A stretch of DNA of 64,000 bases from Candidatus Fervidifonticultor secundus (GCA_031459385.1 JAVKIP010000001.1:341786-405785); one strand, 5' to 3'; positions 9,818 to 19,310 are shown, counted from the stretch's first letter. Notes: generated from the sequence alone by a model not told the origin. Numbers and translations: made by a program.

Positions 9818-11428
9818 CTACCTGTCCAGCCACACCGTCTTGAAGAACTGTCGGCTGCGACTGCCCGGTTGCGCCCCGGGGAGGGACACATACCCCTTGA
9901 CGAAGTCGCGCACCAGTTCCACCGCCCCCGAGGCGTAGATGTAGAGCATGTAGGCCTGGTCGGCGACGTAGCGCTGCAACTGCTGGTAGATGGCGACGCG
10001 CCTGTCGCGGTCGAGGGTGGTGCGGCCCTGCTCGAGCAGCTGGTCGACGTAGGGATCGCGGAACTTGCCGAGGTTGATGGCCGAGTCGCTGTGGTAGATG
10101 TCGTACACGTGGGCGTCGGGGTCGGGTTGCCAGACCGTGGGGATCATGCTCATGCCGTCGTAGGTGGTGCGCACGAACGCGGTGAGCAGCGCCCCCCACT
10201 CGCCCTGCCGGAGGGTGACCCGAATGCCGGCCTGGGCCCACTGTTCGCGGAGCACTTCGCCGGTGCGGACGGTCAGGGGGAACCGCGGTGGTACCTCCAG
10301 GGTGGTGTCGATGCCGTTGGGGTAGCCGGCTTCGGCCAGGAGCTGACGGGCCAGCTGAGGGTTGTGCTCGTAGTAGGGCAGGCCCTTTTCGTCGCCGCTG
10401 TAGCCAAAGGGCGCGTCGCACGGCGGAATCTTGGTGGAGATGGCCCCCTTGCCGCGCAGGACAGCGCGGATCACCTCGCGGCGATTCATCCCGACGCTGA
10501 CGGCACGACGGACCCGCACGTCATTGAACGGTGGTTTGGTCTGGTTGAGGGCCAGGGTATGTTGCGCGCAGTACCCCCGGGGGAGCAGCACGGCGACTCC
10601 CGGCATGGTGCGGACCTGCTCGTCCACCAGGGGGTCGACCGACCACGTGTAGTGGATGGTTCCCGTGCGCAGGGCAGCCAGCCGCGCGGCCTCGTCGGGG
10701 ATGATGCGGTACTCGATCGTGTCGAGGTACGGCAGGCCGTCTTCGTAATAGTGGGGGTTTCGACGAAGGACGACGATGTTCTCGGAGACGAAGCGTTCCA
10801 CCCGGAACGGCCCCGTGCCCGAGGCCGTCTGTTGCAGGTCGCCGGCGCGCTCCACCACGTCCCGGGGGACGATGGCGGAGTAATGGGGGGTCCCGAGGTA
10901 GGAGAGGAACGGCGCGAAGGGCCGGCGCGTGGTGAAGCGGACCGTGTACTTGTCCGGCGTGTCGATGCGTTCGATGATGAGCCAGATGGAACGCCAGGGT
11001 GAGCCGGTCCTGGGGTCCATCATGCGTTCGAAGGTGTACCTGACATCGTCGGCGACGAGCTCCCGGCCGTGGTGGAACTGCACGCCGCGGCGCAGCTTGA
11101 AGACGAATGTGGTGGGATTGACCACGTCGTAGGATTCGGCCAGGTCGGGGACGAGCTTGTTGGTGGGGCTCCGGCGCAACAGGTTGGAGTACACGTGTTC
11201 GGAGATCATCCACGTGTGCGCCGCCGCGGACTTGGCGGGGTCCAGCCCGGGCGGGGAGACGTCCGCTCCGACAACGAACGTTCCGCCGCGCCTGGGCGGG
11301 CCGCCTGGAGCCGCCTGGGCCAGCCGGTCGAAGCGGGAGAGGGCGAGCAGGGTGCCACCGGCGCCCTTGAGGAAGGTCCGACGGTCGATGTGTCCATGCA
11401 CGAGCCTATCCGTCCGCTCATCCTCCAT
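9818..11428 (-). CDS. ABC substrate-binding protein family 5 with Tat signal peptide
   Basis: DRRTFLKG twin-arginine motif; LRRGVQFHHG, GTGPF, PPFNDVRVRRA. Confidence 0.92.
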   Translation of the reverse strand: MEDERTDRLVHGHIDRRTFLKGAGGTLLALSRFDRLAQAAPGGPPRRGGTFVVGADVSPPGLDPAKSAAAHTWMISEHVYSNLLRRSPTNKLVPDLAESYDVVNPTTFVFKLRRGVQFHHGRELVADDVRYTFERMMDPRTGSPWRSIWLIIERIDTPDKYTVRFTTRRPFAPFLSYLGTPHYSAIVPRDVVERAGDLQQTASGTGPFRVERFVSENIVVLRRNPHYYEDGLPYLDTIEYRIIPDEAARLAALRTGTIHYTWSVDPLVDEQVRTMPGVAVLLPRGYCAQHTLALNQTKPPFNDVRVRRAVSVGMNRREVIRAVLRGKGAISTKIPPCDAPFGYSGDEKGLPYYEHNPQLARQLLAEAGYPNGIDTTLEVPPRFPLTVRTGEVLREQWAQAGIRVTLRQGEWGALLTAFVRTTYDGMSMIPTVWQPDPDAHVYDIYHSDSAINLGKFRDPYVDQLLEQGRTTLDRDRRVAIYQQLQRYVADQAYMLYIYASGAVELVRDFVKGYVSLPGAQPGSRSRQFFKTVWLDR

Positions 11429-11445
11429 AGGTCGTCTCCCCCCTG

Positions 11446-12480
11446 TCAGGTCTTGCCGAAGAGTTCCGATGCGCCATCTGCGGCTCCTGCTCCAGCCTCA
11501 CGGCGAGTGGTGCTGTACACTTCGGGGTTCGCCACGTGCGCCGGGCGCTCGCCGCGCAGCACCGCCAGGACCGCCTCGGCGCACGCCCGTTCCATGCGCG
11601 CGAGGGTCTCGCGGGTGTGCGAGGCGACGTGGGGTGTGGCCACGACCTGATCGAGCCCGACGAGGGTCCAGTCTACGGGCGGCTCGTCCGCGAAGACGTC
11701 GAGGCCGGCGCCGGCCAGCCGGCCGGACTGCAGCGCGCGCAGCAGGGCGGCCTCGTCCACCACGAGGCCGCGGCTGGTATTGATCAAAATCGCGCCTGGT
11801 TTCATGCGACCCAGCGTCGCCTCGTCGATCAGCCCGCGGGTCGACGGCAGCAGCGGTACGTGGACCGAGATGAAGTCGCTGCGGGCCAGGAGCTCGTCGC
11901 GCGTGCACAGCTGCACGCCCAGCGCCCGGGCCGCGGCCTCGTCAGGCGCGACGTCGTGGGCGAGGATCTCCATCCCGAAGCCGGCCGCACGCTTCGCCAC
12001 GGCGCGGCCGATGGTACCGAAGCCGATCAGGCCCAGGGTCTTGCCCCAGACATCGGTGCTGACCGCGCGGTCCCACTCGCCGGCCTTCATCCGGCGGTCG
12101 AGCCACGCGATCCGTCGTGCCACGGCCAGCAGCAGCGCCATAGTATGGTCGGCCACCGCGTCCGCCACGACCCCCGCCGTGACGGTGACCACGACGCCGC
12201 GAGCCGTGGCGGCCTCCAGGTCCACCGAGTCGAGCCCCACGCCGCGGCGGGCGACGATCCGCAGCCGGGGCGCGGCGTCGAGCACCCGGGCGGTGATCGG
12301 CTCGGTGCCGGCGATGATCGCGTCGACGTCGCTCACCAGCGGGAGCAGGTCGGCCTCGGTGAGCCGCCCCGCCTTCGGATAGACCACGAGCTCGACGCCG
12401 GCCTCCCGCAGCATGCGCAGGGGCTCGTCGCTGGCGCGGCCGACCTCGGGGCCGAGCAGGCAGCGCGGCCGGCGGGTCAT
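11446..12480 (-). CDS. D-isomer-specific 2-hydroxyacid dehydrogenase (SerA-like, no ACT domain)
   Basis: RRGVGLDSVD, GLIGFGTIG, INTSRG, GLDVFADEP, TPHVAS. Confidence 0.9.
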   Translation of the reverse strand: MTRRPRCLLGPEVGRASDEPLRMLREAGVELVVYPKAGRLTEADLLPLVSDVDAIIAGTEPITARVLDAAPRLRIVARRGVGLDSVDLEAATARGVVVTVTAGVVADAVADHTMALLLAVARRIAWLDRRMKAGEWDRAVSTDVWGKTLGLIGFGTIGRAVAKRAAGFGMEILAHDVAPDEAAARALGVQLCTRDELLARSDFISVHVPLLPSTRGLIDEATLGRMKPGAILINTSRGLVVDEAALLRALQSGRLAGAGLDVFADEPPVDWTLVGLDQVVATPHVASHTRETLARMERACAEAVLAVLRGERPAHVANPEVYSTTRREAGAGAADGASELFGKT

Positions 12481-13412
12481 GGCGGGGCCGCCACGGCGCG
12501 CACGGGCACAGGCCTGACGCCTGCCCCCGCCAGGCCGAGCGCGTCCAGCAGTTCGTCCAGCTCGGCGCGGCTTCCGGGGTCGAGCGCCGGGCCAGGGTGG
12601 CGGACCGCCGCCGAGGCGATCACGCCGCGGCGACGCAGGATCTCCTTGCGCAGGGCCAGGCCGATGCCCGGCTGCCCCTCGTAGCGGATTAGGGGGAGGT
12701 ACCGGTAGAAGACCTCGCGGGCTCCGGCGCGGTCGCCGGCCGCGAAGGCGGTGTAGACGGCCACCAGGATCTCGGGGAACGCGAACCCGGTCATGGTGCC
12801 GACGGTGCCGCGCAGCAACTCTTCATAAAAGTACATGCCGCCCATTCCACCGTAGACCGCGACCGGCTGCTGCGCGGCGGCCAGCACTTGGGCGGCCTTC
12901 AGCGGCGAGGGCAGTTCTTCCAGCTTGATGGCACGCGCACGGGGCAGCGCATCGGTCAACGACGCCAGGAACGCGGCCGGCATCACCACGCCCGAGAAGA
13001 CCGGTTCGTCCTGCACCACGAGCGGCTGCCGTGTGGCATCGTGGACGCGGCGGTAGTACTCGCGCACGGCGTCCAGGCTGGTCAGGTTGACGGGCGGCGC
13101 CACCATCAGCGCCGCAGCCCCCAGGCCCTCGGCCAGGCGACCGTAGCGGATCGCCAGGTCGGTCGCCGGGGCTGAGGCGCCCGCCACCACCGGCACGCGC
13201 GCCGCCGCCCGGCGCACCACTGTCTCGATGACCTGCCGCCGCTCGTCTTCTGTGAGTTTGTGGGCCTCGCCGAGGATGCCCAGGATCGTCAGGCCGTGCA
13301 CACCGGCGGCGAGCTCGAACTCCACCACCCGCTCGAGACTCGCGACGTCGAGGCCGCCGTCGTCCGCAAACGGCGTCGGCAGGATGGCGTAGACGCCCGG
13401 AGGCAAGGTCAT
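12477..13412 (-). CDS. Dihydrodipicolinate synthase-like family (L-KDA dehydratase-like QDxP/KxE subgroup)
   Basis: TPF, GILGE, QDEP (Gln instead of the DapA Tyr), Schiff-base Lys in AIKLEE. Confidence 0.85.
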   Translation of the reverse strand: MTLPPGVYAILPTPFADDGGLDVASLERVVEFELAAGVHGLTILGILGEAHKLTEDERRQVIETVVRRAAARVPVVAGASAPATDLAIRYGRLAEGLGAAALMVAPPVNLTSLDAVREYYRRVHDATRQPLVVQDEPVFSGVVMPAAFLASLTDALPRARAIKLEELPSPLKAAQVLAAAQQPVAVYGGMGGMYFYEELLRGTVGTMTGFAFPEILVAVYTAFAAGDRAGAREVFYRYLPLIRYEGQPGIGLALRKEILRRRGVIASAAVRHPGPALDPGSRAELDELLDALGLAGAGVRPVPVRAVAAPP

Positions 13413-13560
13413 CGGAAGGCTCCTCTACCGCATCTTGGGCCGGAGGAAAACGCTGACTCCTTCCGGTATTACCCACGGAGTCCGACGCCCCCTGCCGGGC
13501 CGCGCCGCAGGCGAGTGTGCGGCGGTGACCGCGTGCGGGGACGCGACTGCGCGCCCGGCG

Positions 13561-14853
13561 ATGCCGACGATGACGATCCGTCCCGACCGCCTCCGTGCCC
13601 GCCTCGAGGCCCTGGCCCGTGTGGGCGCCGACCCAGGCGGCGGGGTCAGCCGGTTCCCCTACAGCGCGGCGCACGCCGAGGCCGTGCGCCTGGTGGCCGG
13701 CTGGATGCGCGAAGCCGGGCTGGAGGCCGGGTGCGACGCCCACGGCAACGTGGTGGGGACTTGCCCGGGCCGCACCGGCTGGCCCGCGATCCTGCTGGCC
13801 TCGCACCTGGACAGCGTGCCCCAGGGCGGCATCTTCGACGGCGCGCTGGGCGTCGTGGCCGGTGTGGAGGTCGCGCAGGCGCTGCGCGAGGCAGGCCACG
13901 CCCCGGGCCACGCCCTGACCGTCGTCGGCTTCGCCGACGAGGAGGGGTACTGGTTCGGCGTGGGCACCCTGGCCTCGCGCTGCCTGATTGGTGACGTGCC
14001 GCCCGATCGTTTCGAGACGCTGCGCGGCCGCGACGGCCGGACGCTGGCCGCCGCCCGCGCCGCGTTCGCGCACGGCCTGCCGCCGGCCCGCGTGCCCGCC
14101 GCGGCCGGCGCGTACCTCGAGCTGCACGTCGAACAGGGCCCGGTGCTGGCGTCGAGCGGCCGCCGGGTGGCTGCGGTGACGGCCATCACCGGCATCGCGC
14201 GCACCCAGGTCACCCTCGAGGGCGAGGCCAACCACGCGGGCACCACCCCGATGGCCGGCCGGCGCGACGCGCTGGTTGGCGCCGCCGGGGTCGTGCTGGC
14301 CGTGCGCGCTCTGGCTGAGGCCGAGGGCGCGCCCACGGTGGGGACCGTCGGCGCCCTGCGCGTGCACCCCGGGGCCAGCAACATCGTGCCGGGCCGCGCG
14401 GAGTTCACCGTCGAGTTCCGCACGCCCGACGGCGCGCGCCTGCGGCGACTGTGCGAGACCATCGAGGAAGAGGTCCGCGCCGCGGCCAGCCGCGGCGGGC
14501 TGGCGATGCAGATGGGCCCCTGGGACCTGCGCGACCCGGTGCCGATGGCCGAGTCGGTGCGCCAGGCGATCGAGGCGGCGATCGCGGCCTGCGGGGAGGA
14601 CCCCTACGCGATGCCGAGCGGCGCGGGTCACGACGCCATGGTCCTGGCGCCTTTTGTCCCCGCCGGAATGATCTTCGTGGCCAGCCAGGGCGGGGTGAGC
14701 CACTCGCCCCGTGAGCGGACGACCTGGGAGGACGCTGCGCTGGGCGCCGAGGTCCTCCTGCGCACCGTGCTGGCGCTCGACGGTGGCGGGCCGCTGCCGG
14801 CACACGCGCTGCCCGTGGCGGAGGGATCCACCGGGCCGGCGACGCCCGCGTGA
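13561..14853 (+). CDS. M20 Zn amidohydrolase (allantoate amidohydrolase / N-carbamoyl-L-amino acid hydrolase family)
   Basis: SHLDSVPQGGIFDG, DEEG, ELHVEQG, HAGTTPM, GAGHDA, SHSPRE; start 13561 or 13570. Confidence 0.9.
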   Translation: MPTMTIRPDRLRARLEALARVGADPGGGVSRFPYSAAHAEAVRLVAGWMREAGLEAGCDAHGNVVGTCPGRTGWPAILLASHLDSVPQGGIFDGALGVVAGVEVAQALREAGHAPGHALTVVGFADEEGYWFGVGTLASRCLIGDVPPDRFETLRGRDGRTLAAARAAFAHGLPPARVPAAAGAYLELHVEQGPVLASSGRRVAAVTAITGIARTQVTLEGEANHAGTTPMAGRRDALVGAAGVVLAVRALAEAEGAPTVGTVGALRVHPGASNIVPGRAEFTVEFRTPDGARLRRLCETIEEEVRAAASRGGLAMQMGPWDLRDPVPMAESVRQAIEAAIAACGEDPYAMPSGAGHDAMVLAPFVPAGMIFVASQGGVSHSPRERTTWEDAALGAEVLLRTVLALDGGGPLPAHALPVAEGSTGPATPA

Positions 14854-14906
14854 AATAACGTGGCCTGCCGGGCAGCATCGCGCCACCGCCCGAGATCCGT
14901 CGGCGT

Positions 14907-16019
14907 TCAGCTGCTGCGCTGAGCCGACGCCGGCTGCCCCGCCAGCTCGGCGCAGGCCAGTGCCGTGCGCAGGCTGCCCGCGGTGGTGGCCAGCGCGGTG
15001 AGCGGTGCGCGGCCAGCGGCCACGGCTGCCAGCACGTCGGCGACCAGGTCGGCCACGGCCCGCCGGAACGTCTCCTCCTTGGTGCCGGGCAACACGCGCG
15101 CTATCTCTACCAGCCAGGGGCGGAACAGCGTGCGGCCCTTGCCCATCAGGTTGCGGTCGTATTGCTCTACCGCCCGCACCGCGTCGGCCCCCACGGCGGC
15201 GGCCAGGGCCGGGATCTCCTCCTCTTCCAGCAGCGCGTGCCCCGCCAGCCGTAGCGGCACCCACCCGTGGAGTTCCACTACGCCCCGATCGAAGACCAGG
15301 CGCACCGTGGTGCGCTCGATCTGGTACGGGCGGTCGAACGCATGCCAGAACGTGGCCAGGATCCCGTCCGGGTATTCTACCGCGCAGTAGGCGCGGTCTG
15401 CGGGGCCGCCGTCCCGCCGGTAGGTCCGGGCCAGGAGTACTGCGGGGTGCCCCAGCACCTGCTCGAGGATGTCGAAGAAGTGCACGCCGTGCTCCACGAA
15501 GACGCCGCCCGAGCGGGCCGGGTCCCAGAACCAGTGGCTCGGCGCCAGCGGTTCGTCGCTGGCCAGGTTGTCGACAGCGACCCGCGTGAGCGCGCCCAGG
15601 ACCCCCGCTGTACGCAGCCTGTGCACGGCGCGGTAGAGCGGATTGAATCGCATGTGGTAGTCCACGGCCACTACCCGCCCGGCGCGGTCGGCCAGTGCCT
15701 GCAGCCGCTCCAGATCCGCCAGCGACAGGGCTGGCGGCTTCTCCAGCAGCACGTGGCGCCCGGCGGCCAGGGCGGCCTCCGCCATCTCGACGTGGAGGTA
15801 GGGCGGCGAGGCCACGACCACCAGGTCGACCGGTGCCGCCTCCAGCATCTGCCGGTAGTCGGCGGTCCACATGGGGATGCCGTACTGCTCGGCGGTCGCC
15901 CGCGCCGTGGCCTCCACCGAGCCGACCACGGCGGTGACCGCCGCGCCCTCCACCCCGCGGAGGGTCTCGATGAGAAACCGGCCGTATCGGCCGGCACCGA
16001 TGACGCCGATCTGCACCAT
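14907..16019 (-). CDS. Gfo/Idh/MocA family oxidoreductase
   Basis: IGVIGAGRYG, HVLLEKP, GGVFVEHGVHFFD; SD gggagg before ATG 16019. Confidence 0.9.
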   Translation of the reverse strand: MVQIGVIGAGRYGRFLIETLRGVEGAAVTAVVGSVEATARATAEQYGIPMWTADYRQMLEAAPVDLVVVASPPYLHVEMAEAALAAGRHVLLEKPPALSLADLERLQALADRAGRVVAVDYHMRFNPLYRAVHRLRTAGVLGALTRVAVDNLASDEPLAPSHWFWDPARSGGVFVEHGVHFFDILEQVLGHPAVLLARTYRRDGGPADRAYCAVEYPDGILATFWHAFDRPYQIERTTVRLVFDRGVVELHGWVPLRLAGHALLEEEEIPALAAAVGADAVRAVEQYDRNLMGKGRTLFRPWLVEIARVLPGTKEETFRRAVADLVADVLAAVAAGRAPLTALATTAGSLRTALACAELAGQPASAQRSS

Positions 16020-16112
16020 GGCGAAGCCTCCCTGTTCCCGCACCCTGGCCGGCGGAGCCGGCGTCTGCGCGGCCGCCGTGGGCCCTCCGCGGCCGCCGCG
16101 GCCCCGCACCTG

Positions 16113-16141
16113 TTGACGGCCCCGGCAGGGCCTGCTATTCT
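16113..16141 (+). promoter_or_regulatory. sigma70-type promoter of glnA
   Basis: TTGACG(16113-16118)-17 bp-TATTCT(16136-16141) with extended TG motif. Confidence 0.7.
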
Positions 16142-16174
16142 TCCTCCTAGTTTCATAGTACCGTCGTGGGCCAC

Positions 16175-16207
16175 GGCGCCCCCCAGATGCGGGGGCGCTT
16201 TGTGTTT
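16175..16207 (+). terminator. Intrinsic terminator inside glnA 5' leader (attenuator)
   Basis: gcgccccc(16176-83)/gggggcgc(16191-98) stem followed by tttgtgttt, lying between the promoter and the SD. Confidence 0.65.
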
Positions 16208-16238
16208 ATCCGGCCCGGCGAGGAGGAGGGGACGACGT

Positions 16239-17693
16239 ATGGCGATCGTGGGCGACCGCCAGAGCACCGAGGTCGCGGCGAGCCCGGAGCAGGTCCTGGC
16301 GCTGGCGAGGGAGCGGGGGGTCCAGATCGTGGACCTGCGGTTCTCCGACCTGTTCGGGATGTGGCAGCACTTCTCCATCCCGGTCACCGAGCTGTCGGCG
16401 GACCTGTTCAGCGAGGGAATCGGCTTCGACGGCAGCAGCATCCGCGGCTTCCAGCACATTCACGAGTCGGACATGATCCTGATCGGCGATCCCGCCAGTG
16501 CCGTCGTCGATCCGCTGAGCCGCATCCCCACCATGCTGCTGATCTGCGACGTCTACGACCCGGTGACCCGCGGCCGCTACACCCGCGACCCCCGGTTCAT
16601 CGCGCAGAAGGCCGAGGAGTACGTGAGGAAGACCGGCATCGCCACCGCCGTCTACTTCGGGCCGGAAGCCGAGTTCTTCGTCTTTGATGAGGTCCGCTAC
16701 GACCAGAGCGCCCACCAGGCCTTCTACATGGTAGACAGCAGCGAGGGCATCTGGAACAGCGGGCGCGACGAGAAGCCCAACCTGGGCTACAAGCCGCGGC
16801 ACAAGGAAGGCTACTTCCCGGTGCCGCCGTCGGACAGCCTGCAGGAGTTCCGCAGCGAGCTGGTGCTCAAGATGCAGGAGGCCGGCATCGAGGTCGAGGT
16901 GCACCACCACGAGGTGGCCACCGCCGGGCAGTGCGAGATCGACATGCGGTTCAAGAACTTGACTCGCATGGGCGATCAGATGCAGCTCTACAAGTACCTG
17001 GTGAAGATGCTGGCCCGGGCTCACTTCAAGACCGCCACGTTCATGCCCAAGCCCCTCTTCGGCGACAACGGCTCGGGCATGCACTGCCACCAGAGCCTGT
17101 GGAAGGACGGGGTCAACCTGTTCTACGATCCCCGCGGGTACGCCAACCTGAGCCAGATCGGCCGGTGGTACATCGGCGGCCTGCTCCGCCACTCGCCGGC
17201 GCTGCTGGCCTTCGTCGCGCCCACGACCAACTCGTACCGGCGACTCGTGCCGGGCTTCGAGGCGCCCGTGAACCTGGTCTACTCCAAGCGCAACCGGAGC
17301 GCGGCCGTGCGCATCCCCGTCTACTCCAGCAACCCCAGGGCGGTGCGCATCGAGTACCGGCCGCCCGACCCGCTGGCCAACCCCTACCTGGCGTTCGCGG
17401 CCATGACCATGGCGGGGCTCGACGGCATCAAGCACAAGATCGATCCTGGCGAGCCCATGGACGTGGATCTCTACGAGCTGCCACCCGAGGAGGCAGCCCG
17501 GGTCAAGCAGGTCCCGGGCTCGCTCGATGCGGCCCTGGCGGCCCTGGAGGCGGATCACGCGTTCCTCCTGGAGGGCGATGTGTTCACCAAAGATGTCATC
17601 GAGACCTGGATCGAAACGAAGCGGCGGAAGGAAGTCGACTACATCCGGCTGCGGCCCCATCCGTCAGAGTTCTATCTCTACTACGACGCCTAG
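16239..17693 (+). CDS. glnA: Type I glutamine synthetase (GSI-beta)
   Basis: FDGSSIRGF, GPEAEFF, HHEVATAGQCEI, TFMPKPLFGDNGSGMHCHQSL, NSYRRLVPGFEAP, RNRSA, adenylylation-site DLYEL; SD aggaggagg. Confidence 0.98.
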   Translation: MAIVGDRQSTEVAASPEQVLALARERGVQIVDLRFSDLFGMWQHFSIPVTELSADLFSEGIGFDGSSIRGFQHIHESDMILIGDPASAVVDPLSRIPTMLLICDVYDPVTRGRYTRDPRFIAQKAEEYVRKTGIATAVYFGPEAEFFVFDEVRYDQSAHQAFYMVDSSEGIWNSGRDEKPNLGYKPRHKEGYFPVPPSDSLQEFRSELVLKMQEAGIEVEVHHHEVATAGQCEIDMRFKNLTRMGDQMQLYKYLVKMLARAHFKTATFMPKPLFGDNGSGMHCHQSLWKDGVNLFYDPRGYANLSQIGRWYIGGLLRHSPALLAFVAPTTNSYRRLVPGFEAPVNLVYSKRNRSAAVRIPVYSSNPRAVRIEYRPPDPLANPYLAFAAMTMAGLDGIKHKIDPGEPMDVDLYELPPEEAARVKQVPGSLDAALAALEADHAFLLEGDVFTKDVIETWIETKRRKEVDYIRLRPHPSEFYLYYDA

Positions 17694-17729
17694 AGACGCC
17701 GGGCTGTCAGCGCACGGTGAGTCGGGCAG

Positions 17730-17760
17730 AGGGGGCGGGAGCGATCCCGCCCCTTGTGCT
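17730..17760 (+). terminator. Probable terminator after glnA
   Basis: agggggcggga-GCGA tetraloop-tcccgcccctt followed by gtgct (weak U-tract). Confidence 0.55.
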
Positions 17761-17971
17761 CTCCCCCAGCGTCTGCGGTGCGGCCGGGCGGGCCCGGTGA
17801 GGAGGTGCCCGGGGCGGGGTCCGTGCCCGCTCATCCGTGACCACGACCAGCGGCTTTGGTCATGTCGCCCATGAGCGCGCACATCGGGCCCGTCAACGGA
17901 CTGACGCAATTGGGCGTGGAGATCGATGCCGCAGGAGCAGGTCCTCGCAGCCTGATCGTGAGGAGACCAGC

Positions 17972-18352
17972 ATGGCGCAGACATCCTTTGCCGGCGCCCT
18001 CCGCGGGCGCGAGGAGATCACGATCACCGTTCGAGGCCGGCGCACCGGCCGGGCCATCACGCTACCGGTCTGGTTCGTATTGGACCGTACGACGCTCTGG
18101 CTGCTCCCCGTGCGCGGATCCCGCAGCCAGTGGTTCAAGAACGTCGTGGCCGAGCCCACGATCACCGTGCGGGCCGGACGGCAGCGACAGACCCTGCCCG
18201 CCCGGCCGGTGAGGGACCCCAAGGCGGTGAAAGCCGTCGTGCGGAAGTTCGAGGCCAAGTACACGCGGGCCCAGGTCGCCCGGTACTACGACGTCTTCGA
18301 CGCGGCGGTGCGCGTCTCGCTGGGGGCGGGGACGCGCAGGCGGCGCGCCTAG
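17972..18352 (+). CDS. Deazaflavin (F420)-dependent nitroreductase/quinone reductase family (split beta-barrel)
   Basis: TVRGRRTG..TLPVWF, SQWFKNVVAEP motifs; SD aggag before ATG 17972. Confidence 0.75.
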   Translation: MAQTSFAGALRGREEITITVRGRRTGRAITLPVWFVLDRTTLWLLPVRGSRSQWFKNVVAEPTITVRAGRQRQTLPARPVRDPKAVKAVVRKFEAKYTRAQVARYYDVFDAAVRVSLGAGTRRRRA

Positions 18353-18369
18353 CCCGTGCTCCTGACAAC

Positions 18370-19257
18370 CTACGGGCGCACGGCGCTCAGGAACCGCCGT
18401 ACCGCGTCGATGTGCGCCCCGGGCGTGGCCAGGCCTGCGCGCATCGTGACCACGGTAACGTGCGTGGCGCCCAGGCTGCGCCAGCGCTCCACCTCCTGGC
18501 GCCACTGGTCGGGCGTCGCCCTGCCGATGGCGATGCGGCCTTCCAGGCCGATGCGGGCGGGGTCGCGGCCGGCCGCGCGCGCGTACCGGCGCAGGCGGTC
18601 GACCTGTTCCGCGCGATCCTGCTGCGGCAGGCGCTCGCGCTCGTTGCGCAGCGTGCCGCCCGGGAACCAGCCGTCAGCCAGGCGGGCGGTGCGGCGGATC
18701 GCCGCCTCCGACTCGCCGCCCATCCAGATGGGGATCGGCCGTTGCACCGGGAGCGGGTTGATCCCGGCGCGGGTGATCCGGTGGCGGCGGCCGTGGAAGG
18801 TCACCACCGGCTGGGTCCAGAGCAGACGCAGGACGTGGATCTGCTCTTCCACCGTGGCGCCGCGCCGGCGGAAGTCCATGCCCAGCGCCTCGTACTCCAC
18901 CGAGTTCCACCCCAGGCCCACGCCCAGCCGCAGCCGGCCGCCGCTCAAGACGTCTACCTCCGCCGCCTGCTTGGCCACCAGGGCGGTCTGCCGCTGGGGC
19001 AGGATCAGGATGCCCGTCACCAGCTCGAGCCGGCGCGTGACGGCGGCCAGGTAGCCGAACAGGACGAACACCTCGTGGAACATGTCATCGCTGGTATAGC
19101 CCAGCCACCCGGGACGGTCGGTCACATCCGCACCCAGCACATGGTCGTAGGCCAGCAGGTGGTCGTACCCCATCTCCTCCACGGCCTGGGCGAAGTCGCG
19201 GATCGCCCCCGGGTCGGTGCCGATCTCAGTTTGGGGAAAGACGACGCCGAATCGCAT
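18370..19257 (-). CDS. LLM-class F420-dependent oxidoreductase
   Basis: YDHVLG, FHEVFVLFGYLA, ILILPQRQTALVAKQAA, SGGRLRLGVGLGWN, IWMGG, ADGW. Confidence 0.9.
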   Translation of the reverse strand: MRFGVVFPQTEIGTDPGAIRDFAQAVEEMGYDHLLAYDHVLGADVTDRPGWLGYTSDDMFHEVFVLFGYLAAVTRRLELVTGILILPQRQTALVAKQAAEVDVLSGGRLRLGVGLGWNSVEYEALGMDFRRRGATVEEQIHVLRLLWTQPVVTFHGRRHRITRAGINPLPVQRPIPIWMGGESEAAIRRTARLADGWFPGGTLRNERERLPQQDRAEQVDRLRRYARAAGRDPARIGLEGRIAIGRATPDQWRQEVERWRSLGATHVTVVTMRAGLATPGAHIDAVRRFLSAVRP

Positions 19258-19301
19258 GAGCCCTCCGGTGCTGCTGGCAAGACCACGGCCGGGACCACTT
19301 C

Positions 19302-19310
19302 AGTATAGCA
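19302..19310 (-). promoter_or_regulatory. Extended -10 promoter for the LLM gene
   Basis: Minus strand TG-C-TATACT about 45 nt upstream of the ATG. Confidence 0.5.

Noticed and set aside
12477..13412. Lysine-biosynthetic dapA
   Set aside because: It lacks GTTGE and the catalytic Tyr (has GILGE and QDEP).
17761..17971. Small gene or ncRNA between glnA and the F420 reductase
   Set aside because: I could not support any recognisable ORF, SD or conserved RNA structure there.
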